DNA of 63,995 nucleotides, filler included. It is 5 parts of 5 records of this genome, joined end to end, with 100 filler letters (N's around TTAATTAATTAA, not from the genome) between each part and the next. Parts side by side here need not be neighbours in the genome. Positions count along the whole stretch, not along the records: positions 22,719 to 44,776 come from SRR31156797_11894; positions 44,877 to 53,726 come from SRR31156797_11904; 3 more parts are not named here. The stretch is one strand, 5' to 3'. Below the pieces are notes generated by a model that did not search any database, was not told the DNA's origin, and was given only the letters and a program-made list of their open reading frames with translations. Below, piece after piece: positions 39,058 through 49,100 of this stretch. Within the stretch, counting starts at the first letter, position 1; each line of letters opens with the position of its first letter. Both the position numbers and the translations under genes were made by a program.

Positions 39058-39739
39058 TGTCCGTCCAGGAAAGGATAACAGTCTGAATTTAAAGAAAATA
39101 TCGCATTTTGAGGTAGATAAAATTCCCTATTTTTTGCTTCTGTCAAAGAACGAATACTATGCCCGTGGCGTTTGCGTACACCACATCTGTGCATGAGCGT
39201 GCCGATTTGAAATCGGTTGAAAAAGTCATTGATTTTGCTTTGTACGTGAAAGTTGACTTGTGCCTGACCAACAATTTTGCTATGTTACATTTAAGCCCTT
39301 TCTCTTTGAATATATTTGAAACTTGGTAAATTCCATTTGAATTCAAAAGATTGGGCTATACAACATATTTATTAGTTAAAACAGAATATTATGCGATAAT
39401 TTTTGCTCTAAAAGTTGAACCCCGAAAGTTGAGTTAATAATTCTTCGCATAGCCTTATCTCATAGAGAGGTGTGGGCTTCGATAGTCTGTGGCAGAAGGC
39501 GTATAGCAATTCCGGGAAGTTGAAGTGCTGGAAAAGGGCGGAGAGAACATGATCACGACTATTGAAGTTGAAAGTATTGTTATCATCGTTACGTTTAAGG
39601 AGAGACCCACAGAGCTGTAAAAACCATGAAATTCGGTGTGTTATGGTTAAAGGAGTGCACCTTTTGGTGGGTGGTGGTAAATATCGCTATGAAAATTTCT
39701 GGAAACATCAGAGATTTAATAAAAAAATAGGAGCTTCTT

Positions 39740-41200
39740 TTGAAACCAATATATTATCACAGCACAAACGATTATTCAGAACATGTGAATTTCGAGACGG
39801 CCCTCATGAACGGCCTTGCTTCCAACTACGGCCTTTATATGATTTCCCGAAAAGAGATCCCGAAGCTTTCTGCCAAAACCCTGAAGTCCATGAAGGGCAA
39901 GTCTTATGCTGAGATTGCCTTTGATGTCTTGCACCCGTTTCTGGGCGCCGAGATAAACGAAACAGACCTCAAGGCCATGCTGGACGATGCTTACGACGAC
40001 CGCATTATCCCCACCGCCATGCAGCACCTGACCGGCAAAACCCACATCATGTGGTTGACGCAAGGGCCCACCTATTCCTTCAAGGATTATGCGGCCCGGT
40101 TTTTCGGGAGAATGCTCAATTACTTTTTGAAACAATCCGGGCTCAAACGGGTGGTGGCGGTGGCCACCAGCGGGGACACGGGGGGCGCCGTTGCCGATGC
40201 CCTTCACGGTCTTGACAGCGTGGATAATGTCGTGTTTTTTCCCAAAGGTTCCATTACCGAACGGCAGCGGCGGCAGATGACAACCCTTGGCGACAATGTC
40301 TATGCCTTCGAGGTAAACGGAGATTTCGATGTTTGCCAGGCCCTGGCCAAACGGCTTCTTGGGGACAAAGCCTTTGCGAAAGATCTCTTTGACGATGCGG
40401 ACCGCTTCACCTCCGCCAACAGCATCAGCGTGGGCCGGCTGCTGCCCCAGGCGGTTTATCCGTTTTTTGCCTACTCCCGGGTGGCCCGATACGACGAACC
40501 CATGATTGCCAGCGTTCCTTCGGGCAATTTCGGCGATATGATGGGCACGGTGCTGGCCCGTGAAATGGGACTTCCCATTAAGAAAATCATATGCGGCGTG
40601 AACGAAAATGATGAATTCCCGGAATTTCTCAACACCGATGCTTTCGTTGTGAAACCTTCCCGGAAATCCCCTTCCTCGGCCATGATTGTCTCCAACCCCA
40701 GCAATTTTGCCAGGCTTATCGACCTTTACGGTGGGCATGTTTACGATGAACGGGACAAAACGGGAAAGGTGATTCAGGAAGGGGTCATGGACGTGTTGCC
40801 GGACCTCGGAGCCATGCGTAAAGATTTCTGGTCCATCAGTGTCTCCAATCCGGATCATTACGTGGCCATTCGAGAGGTCTACGAACGGTACGGCATCATG
40901 CTGGAACCCCACGGCGCCGTGGGGTGGCGGGCGCTGGATACGTTTCTGGAAGGCGGACACGACCGCCTGGCGGTAATTTATGAAACCGCCGACCCGGGGA
41001 AATTTCCGGATGAGGTGAAAAAGGCCATCGATGTTATTCCGGATGTTCCGGAAAGGATTGCTAAGCAATCAACACTGCCTGAACGGATTTACACCATTGA
41101 TGATCCGCCATTTGTCAGGGAAGACGGTTCCCTTACGGTGAGTGAATCCCAGTATGCTACCGCCAAAAAGATTATAAAAGAGAGCATCGTAGCTAAATGA
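39740..41200 (+). CDS. thrC: Threonine synthase
   Basis: GPTYSFKD (PLP Lys), ATSGDTG, SANSI, VPSGNFGD, EPHGAV, TADP.KF. Confidence 0.92.
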   Translation: MKPIYYHSTNDYSEHVNFETALMNGLASNYGLYMISRKEIPKLSAKTLKSMKGKSYAEIAFDVLHPFLGAEINETDLKAMLDDAYDDRIIPTAMQHLTGKTHIMWLTQGPTYSFKDYAARFFGRMLNYFLKQSGLKRVVAVATSGDTGGAVADALHGLDSVDNVVFFPKGSITERQRRQMTTLGDNVYAFEVNGDFDVCQALAKRLLGDKAFAKDLFDDADRFTSANSISVGRLLPQAVYPFFAYSRVARYDEPMIASVPSGNFGDMMGTVLAREMGLPIKKIICGVNENDEFPEFLNTDAFVVKPSRKSPSSAMIVSNPSNFARLIDLYGGHVYDERDKTGKVIQEGVMDVLPDLGAMRKDFWSISVSNPDHYVAIREVYERYGIMLEPHGAVGWRALDTFLEGGHDRLAVIYETADPGKFPDEVKKAIDVIPDVPERIAKQSTLPERIYTIDDPPFVREDGSLTVSESQYATAKKIIKESIVAK

Positions 41201-41210
41201 CAGAAATGGG

Positions 41211-41239
41211 TTGACGAAAATCTCGATATGAGATATGCT
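41211..41239 (+). promoter_or_regulatory. sigma70 promoter with overlapping palindromic operator (higBA)
   Basis: TTGACG-N17-TATGCT; inverted repeat ATCTC-gatat-GAGAT at 41220-41234. Confidence 0.7.
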
Positions 41240-41244
41240 CCTTC

Positions 41245-41532
41245 ATGCATATCATCACTCGAAGGCGCTTACTTGAATTTGCCAAAAACCATCCGGATTG
41301 TTCCAATGCAATGGAATCCTGGTATCGTATTGTGAAACACACTGATTTCAATTCTTTTCATGAACTCAGGCAAACTTTCCCGAGTGCTGATAAGGTCGGC
41401 AACTTAACCGTCTTCAACGTCGGGGGCAACAAAGTCCGTCTGATTGCAGCTATACACTATAATCGTCATAAGGTTTACATCCGGCATGTTTTGACGCATG
41501 GGGAATATGATCGAGGATACTGGAGGGAATAG
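41245..41532 (+). CDS. higB: Type II toxin HigB (RelE superfamily)
   Basis: MHII..., FPSAD.VG..TVFNVGGNK.RLI..I.Y....YIR.VLTH.EYD. Confidence 0.92.
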   Translation: MHIITRRRLLEFAKNHPDCSNAMESWYRIVKHTDFNSFHELRQTFPSADKVGNLTVFNVGGNKVRLIAAIHYNRHKVYIRHVLTHGEYDRGYWRE

Positions 41533-41933
41533 TGGGAATCCAACTTAAAGAAATTGCGGAGATATGGCCCGTTATCCAGCCCATACTTTCGGTGCCGCAC
41601 AGTGAATCAGACTATAACAAGCTGATCGTTTTCCTTGATAGCCTTATTGATGAAGTGGGCGATAATGAGAAACATCCACTGGCATCTCTGATGGAAACCG
41701 TTGGGAAACTGGTTGAAACGTATGAAACCCGATATGTTCCCGAGATATCGAGTAATCCGATAGATACATTGAAATCTCTGTTGATGGAGCACGAACTGAA
41801 ACAATCGGATTTGGCTGAAATCGGCAGTCAAGGTGTTGTATCTGAAATTTTGTCAGGTAAACGTCAGTTGAATCTCCGTCAAATCAAAAGGTTGAGCAAA
41901 CGTTTCAAGGTGTCTCCTGCAGTTTTTTTATAG
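41532..41933 (+). CDS. higA: Type II antitoxin HigA (HTH)
   Basis: LKQSDL.EIGSQGVVSEILSGKRQLN; start overlaps the toxin stop (TAGTG). Confidence 0.92.
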   Translation: MGIQLKEIAEIWPVIQPILSVPHSESDYNKLIVFLDSLIDEVGDNEKHPLASLMETVGKLVETYETRYVPEISSNPIDTLKSLLMEHELKQSDLAEIGSQGVVSEILSGKRQLNLRQIKRLSKRFKVSPAVFL

Positions 41934-41955
41934 CTCCGGAATCACCGGCGTTCTG

Positions 41956-42852
41956 CTAACACCAATTGGAATCGTAGTAATTCGCCAGGATGGATCCTTC
42001 CAGTGGTGTATTCAGGAGCTTCACATAGAGATGGCACTTGGAAAGAAAAAGGAAACTGATGTTCTTTCCGAAGACATCCTTGTCTTCCTCAAGGCTGTCA
42101 AAATTCCCGCCCCCTTTTGAAATTACCAGGTCGGCTTCTTTAAACAGGTTTTGAACTTCCGGGGAACATCGGGACACTTGGGTCCCCGGAAACGGGCCAT
42201 CGATGCCATTGGGTAGTACCGGGACAATCTCGTCCATCTTTATATCCCGGGCTTCTTGAAGGGTAACGTCATTAAGGGTGGGCAGGCTCCGCACCACAAA
42301 TACAATTTCAAGATCATACAATTTTTTCAGGGTCGTGATCAACAATTTATCCAGCACAATTTCCCCCGCATTATCACCGAAATAGACCATACGGTGCGTT
42401 TTCATCAGTTGATCTTTGAATGCTTCAAAACTGCTTTCGAGAAGGGGCTGTTCCATCTTTTCTTTCACGATCGTCACAAGCTTCTTAAAATCAAGGGAAA
42501 TCATGATATCAATGGTGTTTCCCATGATGGCCAGTTTGACAGCGGTTTTAAGCGGATCTTTCGCATCACGGACCATCCCTTCAAAGGTCTCATAGCGATC
42601 CAGGAGATACCGGTTTAATTTTGCCTTTTCTTTCTTAAGAGGGTTTTCATTGCCCAGCGCCGCATATGTTTTCTTCATGACTTGTTCAACAACGTCGGCA
42701 CTGGTGGTATCCCAGTTTTTCCCCCCCAGGGAAGGGATCTGCAGGACGTCGTTGAATAGCGCATTGACTTCCGTTTCGCCCATCCCCGTTTTACGAATAA
42801 ATCCCAGGCACATTTTGAGGATGCAGGGGATGCAGTCCGGTCCTATTTTCAA
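41956..42852 (-). CDS. DUF89/ARMT1-like damage-control phosphatase
   Basis: C.PC N-terminus, GN.ID, DNAGE, NDVT, ISKG.GNF. Confidence 0.88.
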   Translation of the reverse strand: MKIGPDCIPCILKMCLGFIRKTGMGETEVNALFNDVLQIPSLGGKNWDTTSADVVEQVMKKTYAALGNENPLKKEKAKLNRYLLDRYETFEGMVRDAKDPLKTAVKLAIMGNTIDIMISLDFKKLVTIVKEKMEQPLLESSFEAFKDQLMKTHRMVYFGDNAGEIVLDKLLITTLKKLYDLEIVFVVRSLPTLNDVTLQEARDIKMDEIVPVLPNGIDGPFPGTQVSRCSPEVQNLFKEADLVISKGGGNFDSLEEDKDVFGKNISFLFLSKCHLYVKLLNTPLEGSILANYYDSNWC

Positions 42853-42934
42853 TTGTGAATCTCCTTGTTGTGTTTGAAAATCATTATACCCGTCTTGGTC
42901 AGCAAACCGAATCTATTCATTCAGGCCCATGGGG

Positions 42935-44434
42935 TCAAAGATGAGGCGGGGATACTTTCCCCTCTGCCAGCAGGCGGGAAATGTTCGAATAAAATGACCC
43001 CACATGAAGAGGCCTCGGTATGACCAGGTCTGCCCCGGGGGGCAGTGAAAGCCCGGTGCCATGGGTGTTTGGTCCATTGAACAGGGCGATGGGCAAGTCC
43101 GGATGGGTATGGCGGGCCTTTTGAATAAGCCATGCGGTGTTTGCAGGGTTTTTGCTCAGATCCACCAGCAACAGATCAAACGGGTTACCCTTCAGGGTTT
43201 TAAAGCATTCACCATGGCTGTCAACGCGGGTGACGTGGAGGTGTTTCCCCTCAAGAAAACGGCAAAGCAAATTGATCAGGATGTTCTGATCTCCAATGAG
43301 CAGGATTCGTGAATCTTTGATGGATTTCTTTTTGGGCGGGTCGTCTGTTTTAAACGGCTCCAGTGGTAACACCATGTGAAAGGTCGTCCCCCCCGCTTCA
43401 TGGCGCAGCACCCTTATTTTTCCACCATGCCTTTCGATGACGGACCGGACCAGACTCAGCCCCAGACCCTTGTGCCCGTTACCCTTGGTGGAGAAAAAGG
43501 GGTCAAAAATTTTGTCTGCCGCATTTTCATGAATACCGCATCCGTTTTCCTGTACATAAATGTTGATTAGCCCAGGCTTTTCCTCGGCCGTCAGGTAGAT
43601 TTCCCCTTTACCTTCCAAAGCCTCCTCAGCGTTAATGATGAGGTTCTGGAAAGCATTGTGTAAATCTTCTTGACACCCCTTTATAAGAGATGTGGCATTG
43701 AGAGAAATTTTGAAGGCGATTTGATCCTCGGAATTTTGAGCGTTTTCAAGATTGATGCCCTTTTCCGAACAGTATCGTGAAACGGATGCTTCGATTATTT
43801 CATTTAAATTCAAGGGGGATATGTCGGATGGGTGATAGGCCTTTTTAGCAAACTTTCTCAAGGTTGCCGAAATGGGGGTCCCGGGTTTCATGGCGGTTTC
43901 CCATTCCTGAACAAAAGTGCCGGCTATTCTTTGAAGCGCTTCAAACTTTTGGGCTTCCAGAACGACTTTTTCCTTTTCTATCTTCCGTTCGATTTCAATC
44001 AAGTTGAGCAGAAATGCATTTCGGCCTTCGTACCGGGTTTTTTTAATGTGTACCGCGCAATAAACCGATCTCCCTTCACTGTTTTTGAATTTTAATGCAT
44101 CCGGCCGCTGGTTGCCGGCGTTGTCCTGTATAAACTCGAGAATGGGTTGCACGTCCCCGGGATCGATGATATCCAACAGACTTTTTCCCACAAGCTGACC
44201 CAGACTGTAGCCAAGCCACTTGGAAGCCGCATCATTGGCATACACAATGGTTTCCTGCTGCAGAAGAAAAAGCCCCCCCGGCACATGGGCCATCAATTCC
44301 CAGGCTCTTTCCAGGTCTTTTTTCAACCGCGTTTTTTCTTTTCTGAGGGTTGCAATCTTCTCTTTCAGCCCACTGTTTTCTTCTCTTAGCCTGTGCCCCC
44401 AGCTGCGCGCTTTCTTTTTTTGTTCAATCTTCAT
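42935..44434 (-). CDS. PAS + degenerate histidine kinase + receiver-like hybrid protein
   Basis: [24 protein letters not shown]-box has no His; C-terminal REC-like domain. Confidence 0.8.
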   Translation of the reverse strand: MKIEQKKKARSWGHRLREENSGLKEKIATLRKEKTRLKKDLERAWELMAHVPGGLFLLQQETIVYANDAASKWLGYSLGQLVGKSLLDIIDPGDVQPILEFIQDNAGNQRPDALKFKNSEGRSVYCAVHIKKTRYEGRNAFLLNLIEIERKIEKEKVVLEAQKFEALQRIAGTFVQEWETAMKPGTPISATLRKFAKKAYHPSDISPLNLNEIIEASVSRYCSEKGINLENAQNSEDQIAFKISLNATSLIKGCQEDLHNAFQNLIINAEEALEGKGEIYLTAEEKPGLINIYVQENGCGIHENAADKIFDPFFSTKGNGHKGLGLSLVRSVIERHGGKIRVLRHEAGGTTFHMVLPLEPFKTDDPPKKKSIKDSRILLIGDQNILINLLCRFLEGKHLHVTRVDSHGECFKTLKGNPFDLLLVDLSKNPANTAWLIQKARHTHPDLPIALFNGPNTHGTGLSLPPGADLVIPRPLHVGSFYSNISRLLAEGKVSPPHL

Positions 44435-44563
44435 GCCGTTTTTAAATCTCCGGGATTTCTTGAAACACGCTTGATGATTTTCGGCATATACCGTATCATA
44501 TTCCTTTTTGGTCTTACAATAGATTCATCGTTTAAACGGCAACATGGCCTGAGGAGAAAGTAC

Positions 44564-44776
44564 GTGAGCGATTCACCCTTTGTTCACCTTCATGTTCATA
44601 CGGAATACAGCCTGTTGGATGGGGCCATTCGAATTGATCGAATGTTGGACAAATCCAAGGCACAGGGGATGGGTTCAGTGGCCATCACCGATCATGGGAA
44701 TATGTTCGGCGTGGTTGATTTCTTTGGCCGGGCGGCCAAGGCAGGTATCAAGCCCATTATCGGCTGTGAAGTCTAT
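44564..44776 (+). CDS. dnaE: DNA polymerase III alpha subunit, 5' fragment
   Basis: [34 protein letters not shown]; truncated by the contig end. Confidence 0.95.
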
Positions 44777-44876
44777 NNNNNNNNNNNNNNNNNNNNNNNN
44801 NNNNNNNNNNNNNNNNNNNNTTAATTAATTAANNNNNNNNNNNNNNNNNNNNNNNNNNNNNNNNNNNNNNNNNNNN
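44777..44876. other. Artificial contig spacer
   Basis: N-run + TTAATTAATTAA + N-run. Confidence 0.99.
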
Positions 44877-45170
44877 GAAATCGCCATTGTGGAAAAAGGT
44901 AAGAGCCTTTTGCCTTCGGGCATCAAAGGGGTGAGGGGTCGATTCAGCCTTGGCAACTCCGTATTGCTGATCAATGAAGCCGGTGAAGCCGTGGCCGTGG
45001 GCATGGTGAGTTATCACTCCGGAAACATTAAGAAAATTATGGGTTCAAAAAGTACAGAAATCGAATCCATTCTGGGATTTAAACATGATGACGAGGTAAT
45101 CCATCGAAACAATCTTGTGCTGACGGCACACATGGATGAAGGAGATGCGGCATGTCCATTGAAAATATGA
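44877..45170 (+). CDS. proB: Glutamate 5-kinase, 3' fragment (PUA domain)
   Basis: KSLLPSGI..V.G.F..G, EVIHRNNLV; directly upstream of proA. Confidence 0.9.
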   Translation, partial: EIAIVEKGKSLLPSGIKGVRGRFSLGNSVLLINEAGEAVAVGMVSYHSGNIKKIMGSKSTEIESILGFKHDDEVIHRNNLVLTAHMDEGDAACPLKI

Positions 45171-46411
45171 TCGGGGCCATGGCCAGGGATGCCAAAACGG
45201 CATCCAGAGGATTAAGAAGTCTGGAAAGGGCGCAGAAAGATGATGCCCTTCTGAGAATGGCCGAAAAACTTCTAAAACGTAGTGAGATCATTGCGGCCGA
45301 AAACCAAAAAGACCTGTCGGCAGCCAGGGATGCGGGTCTTTCTTCCCCGGCCATGCTGGATCGCCTGACCCTGAACCAGGCGGTTATGGGCGCCATGGCC
45401 GGGGGACTCAGGGAAGTGGCGGCACTGCCCGATCCGGTGGGGGCGTACCCCGGCATGTGGAAACGCCCCAACGGCCTGCTGGTAGGAAGGGTACGGATCC
45501 CTTTGGGCGTTATCGGCTTCATCTTTGAATCCCGTCCCAATGTGACCGTGGACGCCGCGGCCCTGTGCCTGAAAGCCGGCAATGCCGTTATCCTCAAAGG
45601 GGGTTCGGAGGCCATTCATTCCAACATGATTCTGGGTGAATTGATGGCGGAAGCCCTGAGTGAAGCGGGCATTCCCCAAAAGGCTGTCCAGGTGATCCCC
45701 ACCACGGAAAGAGCCGCCGTGAACGCCCTGATCGGCCTGGATGACCATGTTGATGTCATCATCCCCAGGGGAGGAGAGGGGCTGATCCGTTTTGTCACGG
45801 AACACTCGCGGATTCCGGTACTGAAGCACTATAAGGGTGTCTGCCATATTTATGTGGATCAATCCGCATCATTTAAAATGGCCAAAGACATCTGTTTCAA
45901 CGCAAAAGTGCAGAGACCCGGCGTTTGTAATGCCTTGGAGACCCTCTTGGTTCATGAGGATGCGGCTTCCGGTTTCCTGCCTGAAATGGCAAAACAATAT
46001 ATGGAAGCCGGTGTTGAAATCAGGGGATGCCCCAAGACCCTGGCCCTGGTTCCGGGTGCTGTGGCCGCATCCGAATCGGATTGGCCTGCGGAATTCCTTG
46101 ATCTGGTCCTGGCGGTCAAGGTGGTCGCCAGTATGGATGAGGCCATGGACCATATTGAAACCCATGGATCACAACATACGGAAGCCATCATCACCAATGA
46201 TTACGAGCGTTCACAGCGCTTCCTGGCCCAGGTGGATTCTTCCGTGGTACTGGTAAACGCATCCACGCGGTTTAACGACGGCAACCAGTTGGGCCTGGGT
46301 GCGGAAATCGGCATCAACACTTCCAAACTCCATGCTTTCGGCCCCATGGGACTGGAAGAGTTGACCAGCACCAAATTCGTGGTTTACGGGCAGGGACAAA
46401 TCCGGGATTAG
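45152..46411 (+). CDS. proA: Gamma-glutamyl phosphate reductase
   Basis: PLGVIG.IFESRPNVT, IPRGG, CNALET, NASTRF.DG, GAEIGI.T.KLHA.GPMGL. Confidence 0.97.
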   Translation: MSIENMIGAMARDAKTASRGLRSLERAQKDDALLRMAEKLLKRSEIIAAENQKDLSAARDAGLSSPAMLDRLTLNQAVMGAMAGGLREVAALPDPVGAYPGMWKRPNGLLVGRVRIPLGVIGFIFESRPNVTVDAAALCLKAGNAVILKGGSEAIHSNMILGELMAEALSEAGIPQKAVQVIPTTERAAVNALIGLDDHVDVIIPRGGEGLIRFVTEHSRIPVLKHYKGVCHIYVDQSASFKMAKDICFNAKVQRPGVCNALETLLVHEDAASGFLPEMAKQYMEAGVEIRGCPKTLALVPGAVAASESDWPAEFLDLVLAVKVVASMDEAMDHIETHGSQHTEAIITNDYERSQRFLAQVDSSVVLVNASTRFNDGNQLGLGAEIGINTSKLHAFGPMGLEELTSTKFVVYGQGQIRD

Positions 46412-46420
46412 GAGGTTTTT

Positions 46421-47110
46421 TTGAAGCTGGGCATCCTTGGGGGCACCTTTGATCCGATTCATCTGGGGCATCTGCGTTCAGCGGAAGAGATCTGCCAACA
46501 TCTGGCCCTTGAAAAGGTCTATTTGATCCCCTCCGCCCTGCCGCCGCACAAAACCGGAAATCCCGTAACGTCCTTCCATCACAGGCTGGTCATGACGCGT
46601 CTGGGCACAGATTGCTCCCATCTGCTGGAAACCATGGACCTGGAGGGAAACAGGCCCGGGTTTTCCTATTCCATCGAGACCCTTCAAGAGCTCACCCGGG
46701 TTTTCGGCCCCAAAACGGACCTCTTTTTTATTGTGGGCATGGACGCTTTTCTGGAAATCGAAACCTGGCGGAATTACAAAGACCTTTTTGATTACGCTCA
46801 TTTTGTTATTCTTTCCCGGGCCGGCTGCCGAAATCACGGGCTGGCGGAAATTTTCTCCGATCTTGGCATAAAAGGTTCAAAAATGGGAACCGGGAATCTT
46901 TTTGTGGCCCCGTCCGGCAAATCCATTACCCTCATATCATCAACCCTCATGGAAATATCCTCGACAAATATTCGAAACATGGTAAAAGAAGATAAATCCA
47001 TCCATTTCCTTGTTCCTGAAACGGTCAGGGCTTATATTATTGAAAAAGGATTGTATCGAAGTGATGACCCCCATCGAAAAGGCAACATTGTGCCTTACAA
47101 CCATTCTTGA
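46421..47110 (+). CDS. nadD: Nicotinate-nucleotide adenylyltransferase
   Basis: GGTFDPIHLGH, PPHK, ISST.IR. Confidence 0.95.
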   Translation: MKLGILGGTFDPIHLGHLRSAEEICQHLALEKVYLIPSALPPHKTGNPVTSFHHRLVMTRLGTDCSHLLETMDLEGNRPGFSYSIETLQELTRVFGPKTDLFFIVGMDAFLEIETWRNYKDLFDYAHFVILSRAGCRNHGLAEIFSDLGIKGSKMGTGNLFVAPSGKSITLISSTLMEISSTNIRNMVKEDKSIHFLVPETVRAYIIEKGLYRSDDPHRKGNIVPYNHS

Positions 47111-47408
47111 AAGAAAGGCCGTTGATCCCGTTCTTCTGCACGTGGAAAACCTCACTACCATTGCGGACTATTTTTTGATCACGGGAGGAAATTCCACCCG
47201 GCAGGTACAGGCCATTTCGCGACACCTTCAAAGGACTCTGAAGGAGCGGGAGGTTCCCCTATACGGCATTGAAGGTGAACAAGAAGCGCAGTGGGTGCTT
47301 CTGGACTATGGTGAAGTGGTCATACACATTTTCTACCAGCCCATCAGGGAATTCTACGACCTGGAAGGGCTCTGGGTTGATGCCCCGGAGGTAAGTCTCG
47401 AAATGTAA
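47064..47408 (+). CDS. rsfS: Ribosome silencing factor
   Basis: KA.D...DYFLI..G.S.RQV, WVLLDYG.VVIHIF...REFYDLE.LW. Confidence 0.93.
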   Translation: MTPIEKATLCLTTILERKAVDPVLLHVENLTTIADYFLITGGNSTRQVQAISRHLQRTLKEREVPLYGIEGEQEAQWVLLDYGEVVIHIFYQPIREFYDLEGLWVDAPEVSLEM

Positions 47409-47411
47409 CGT

Positions 47412-48851
47412 ATGAGGTTAAGAATGAAAGCCCTTTTACATTACAGGCGAAACATTTCGCTTTTGATCGCTCTCTTGCTCTGCTGGTCACCCCTTCCCTT
47501 TCAGTCAAAAGCCCATGCCCTTTCCATAGAGGATGAATGGAAAATGGGGCAGGCCTTTTTCCTTCAAGTCAGCAACCGGTATAAACTGATTTCGGATCCC
47601 TTTGCCGTTAAATACATCAATGACCTGGGGCATTATCTTCTGGCGCCCCTTGAAACAAGACCTTTCCCTTTCAGGTTCTATATTATCAGCGACAATACCC
47701 TCAATGCATTTGCCGGGCCCGGCGGACATATTTTTTTCTATGCCGGTCTTATTGAAGCCATGGACAGGGTGGACGAACTGGCGGCGGTCATGTGTCATGA
47801 AATCGGCCATATTGCCGCCAGGCACCTGTCCAAACGGATCGACCAGAGCAAGAATATCGGGATCGGTACCATGGCGGGGATCCTGGCCGGCATACTCATC
47901 GGAGGACCCTTGGCCGCAGCGCTCATCACCGGTGCCATGGCCGCCGGGATGCAAGCCCAGTACCATTTCAGCCGAGAGGATGAACGCCAGGCCGACCAGT
48001 TGAGCTATAAATACCTCAGGCCGTCCACCTTTGATTCAAAAGCCATGATCAGTGCCCTTAATAAAATCCAGAAGGGAAGCTGGCTGGGGTCCGGAAGAAC
48101 ACCGGCATACCTGTTGACCCACCCCACCGGACCGGAGCGAATGAGCAATCTTGAATCTCTGTCCGGAGATGATGAACCGTTGCGTTTAAATCAGGAAGCC
48201 CAATACCTGAAAGCCCTTTATCCGGCATTCCGGACCATTGTTATGGCCATCAGTAAAGAGCCCGATGATGCGGAAAAACAATTCATGAACACCCTGAAAA
48301 AAGACCCCGAAGCCTGGTTACCGCAATTGGGGCTGGGAATTGTTTTAATGCGGGAATCCAAATATCCCGAAGCCATCACCGCCCTCAAGAAAGCCCGACA
48401 AAAGCAGCCGGAATTCCCACCCATCCTGAGAACACTGGGAGAGGCTTATTTAATGGACGGTCAGAAGAAAAAAGCCATACGGGTTCTAAAAACGGCCCTT
48501 GAACTGGACCATGGGGACAAAGCGGCTCTTTTCTTAATGGGTACACTTTACGAAGAACAGGGCAAAACCCAAAAAGCCCTTCGCATATTCAAAAAGCTGT
48601 CTTATCTCAAACCCGTCAGGAATGATGTTTATTATCACCTGGGCGTATGTTACGGGAGGGAGAAACAGCTGGCCCTCGCCCATTACAACTTCGGCATCTA
48701 TTTTAAGAATTCAGGTCGATTTCAAAAAGCCATGTTCCATTTTAATAAGGCCAAAAAAATGGCTTCCGGAAATACCGCCCTTGAGGAAAAAATACGCAAG
48801 GAAACCGAGGGTGTTGAAAAGATGCAAGATGAGCATGGGTCTTTTAATTAA
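47412..48851 (+). CDS. M48 family metalloprotease with TPRs (BepA-like)
   Basis: NAFAGPGG, HEIGH, SREDERQAD, LLTHP; C-terminal TPRs. Confidence 0.92.
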   Translation: MRLRMKALLHYRRNISLLIALLLCWSPLPFQSKAHALSIEDEWKMGQAFFLQVSNRYKLISDPFAVKYINDLGHYLLAPLETRPFPFRFYIISDNTLNAFAGPGGHIFFYAGLIEAMDRVDELAAVMCHEIGHIAARHLSKRIDQSKNIGIGTMAGILAGILIGGPLAAALITGAMAAGMQAQYHFSREDERQADQLSYKYLRPSTFDSKAMISALNKIQKGSWLGSGRTPAYLLTHPTGPERMSNLESLSGDDEPLRLNQEAQYLKALYPAFRTIVMAISKEPDDAEKQFMNTLKKDPEAWLPQLGLGIVLMRESKYPEAITALKKARQKQPEFPPILRTLGEAYLMDGQKKKAIRVLKTALELDHGDKAALFLMGTLYEEQGKTQKALRIFKKLSYLKPVRNDVYYHLGVCYGREKQLALAHYNFGIYFKNSGRFQKAMFHFNKAKKMASGNTALEEKIRKETEGVEKMQDEHGSFN

Positions 48852-48856
48852 AGGGT

Positions 48857-49050
48857 CTCACGCAAAGCGGAAAGCATTCCTTGTTATTGAAGTTCGGAGA
48901 ATACGGCATCAAAGCGCCTTTTTGAACTTTTGAAAGTCCTTTTTCGGTTGCTTTGGTTATTGAATTGTAGAATATTGATAGACTTATGTTTGTACAAGAA
49001 GCATGAGAAAACCACTCTTAATACTTTGCGGCTTTGCGCATTTGCGTAAG
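48857..49050. repeat. Degenerate REP/MITE-like element with CGCAAAG/CTTTGCG termini
   Basis: Left CTCACGCAAAGCGGAAAG; right CTTTGCGGCTTTGCGCATTTGCGTAAG (imperfect inverted repeat). Confidence 0.4.
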
Positions 49051-49100
49051 CTCTTTTTAATCCATCTATCTCTGGGCTGAATAGACAAAGGAGGTTTGCC

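Noticed and set aside
39450-39560. Possible SAM or other riboswitch upstream of thrC (CTTATC...AGAG)
   Set aside because: Lacks the GCAACC/GTGC core and the matching GATAAG P1 strand
39776-41068. 430-aa antisense ORF over thrC
   Set aside because: Shadow ORF on the opposite strand of a GC3-rich gene; no motifs
44393-44563. N-terminal extension of the dnaE ORF in the ORF track
   Set aside because: The real start is GTG 44564 with a GAGGAG RBS; the extension overlaps the divergent gene start
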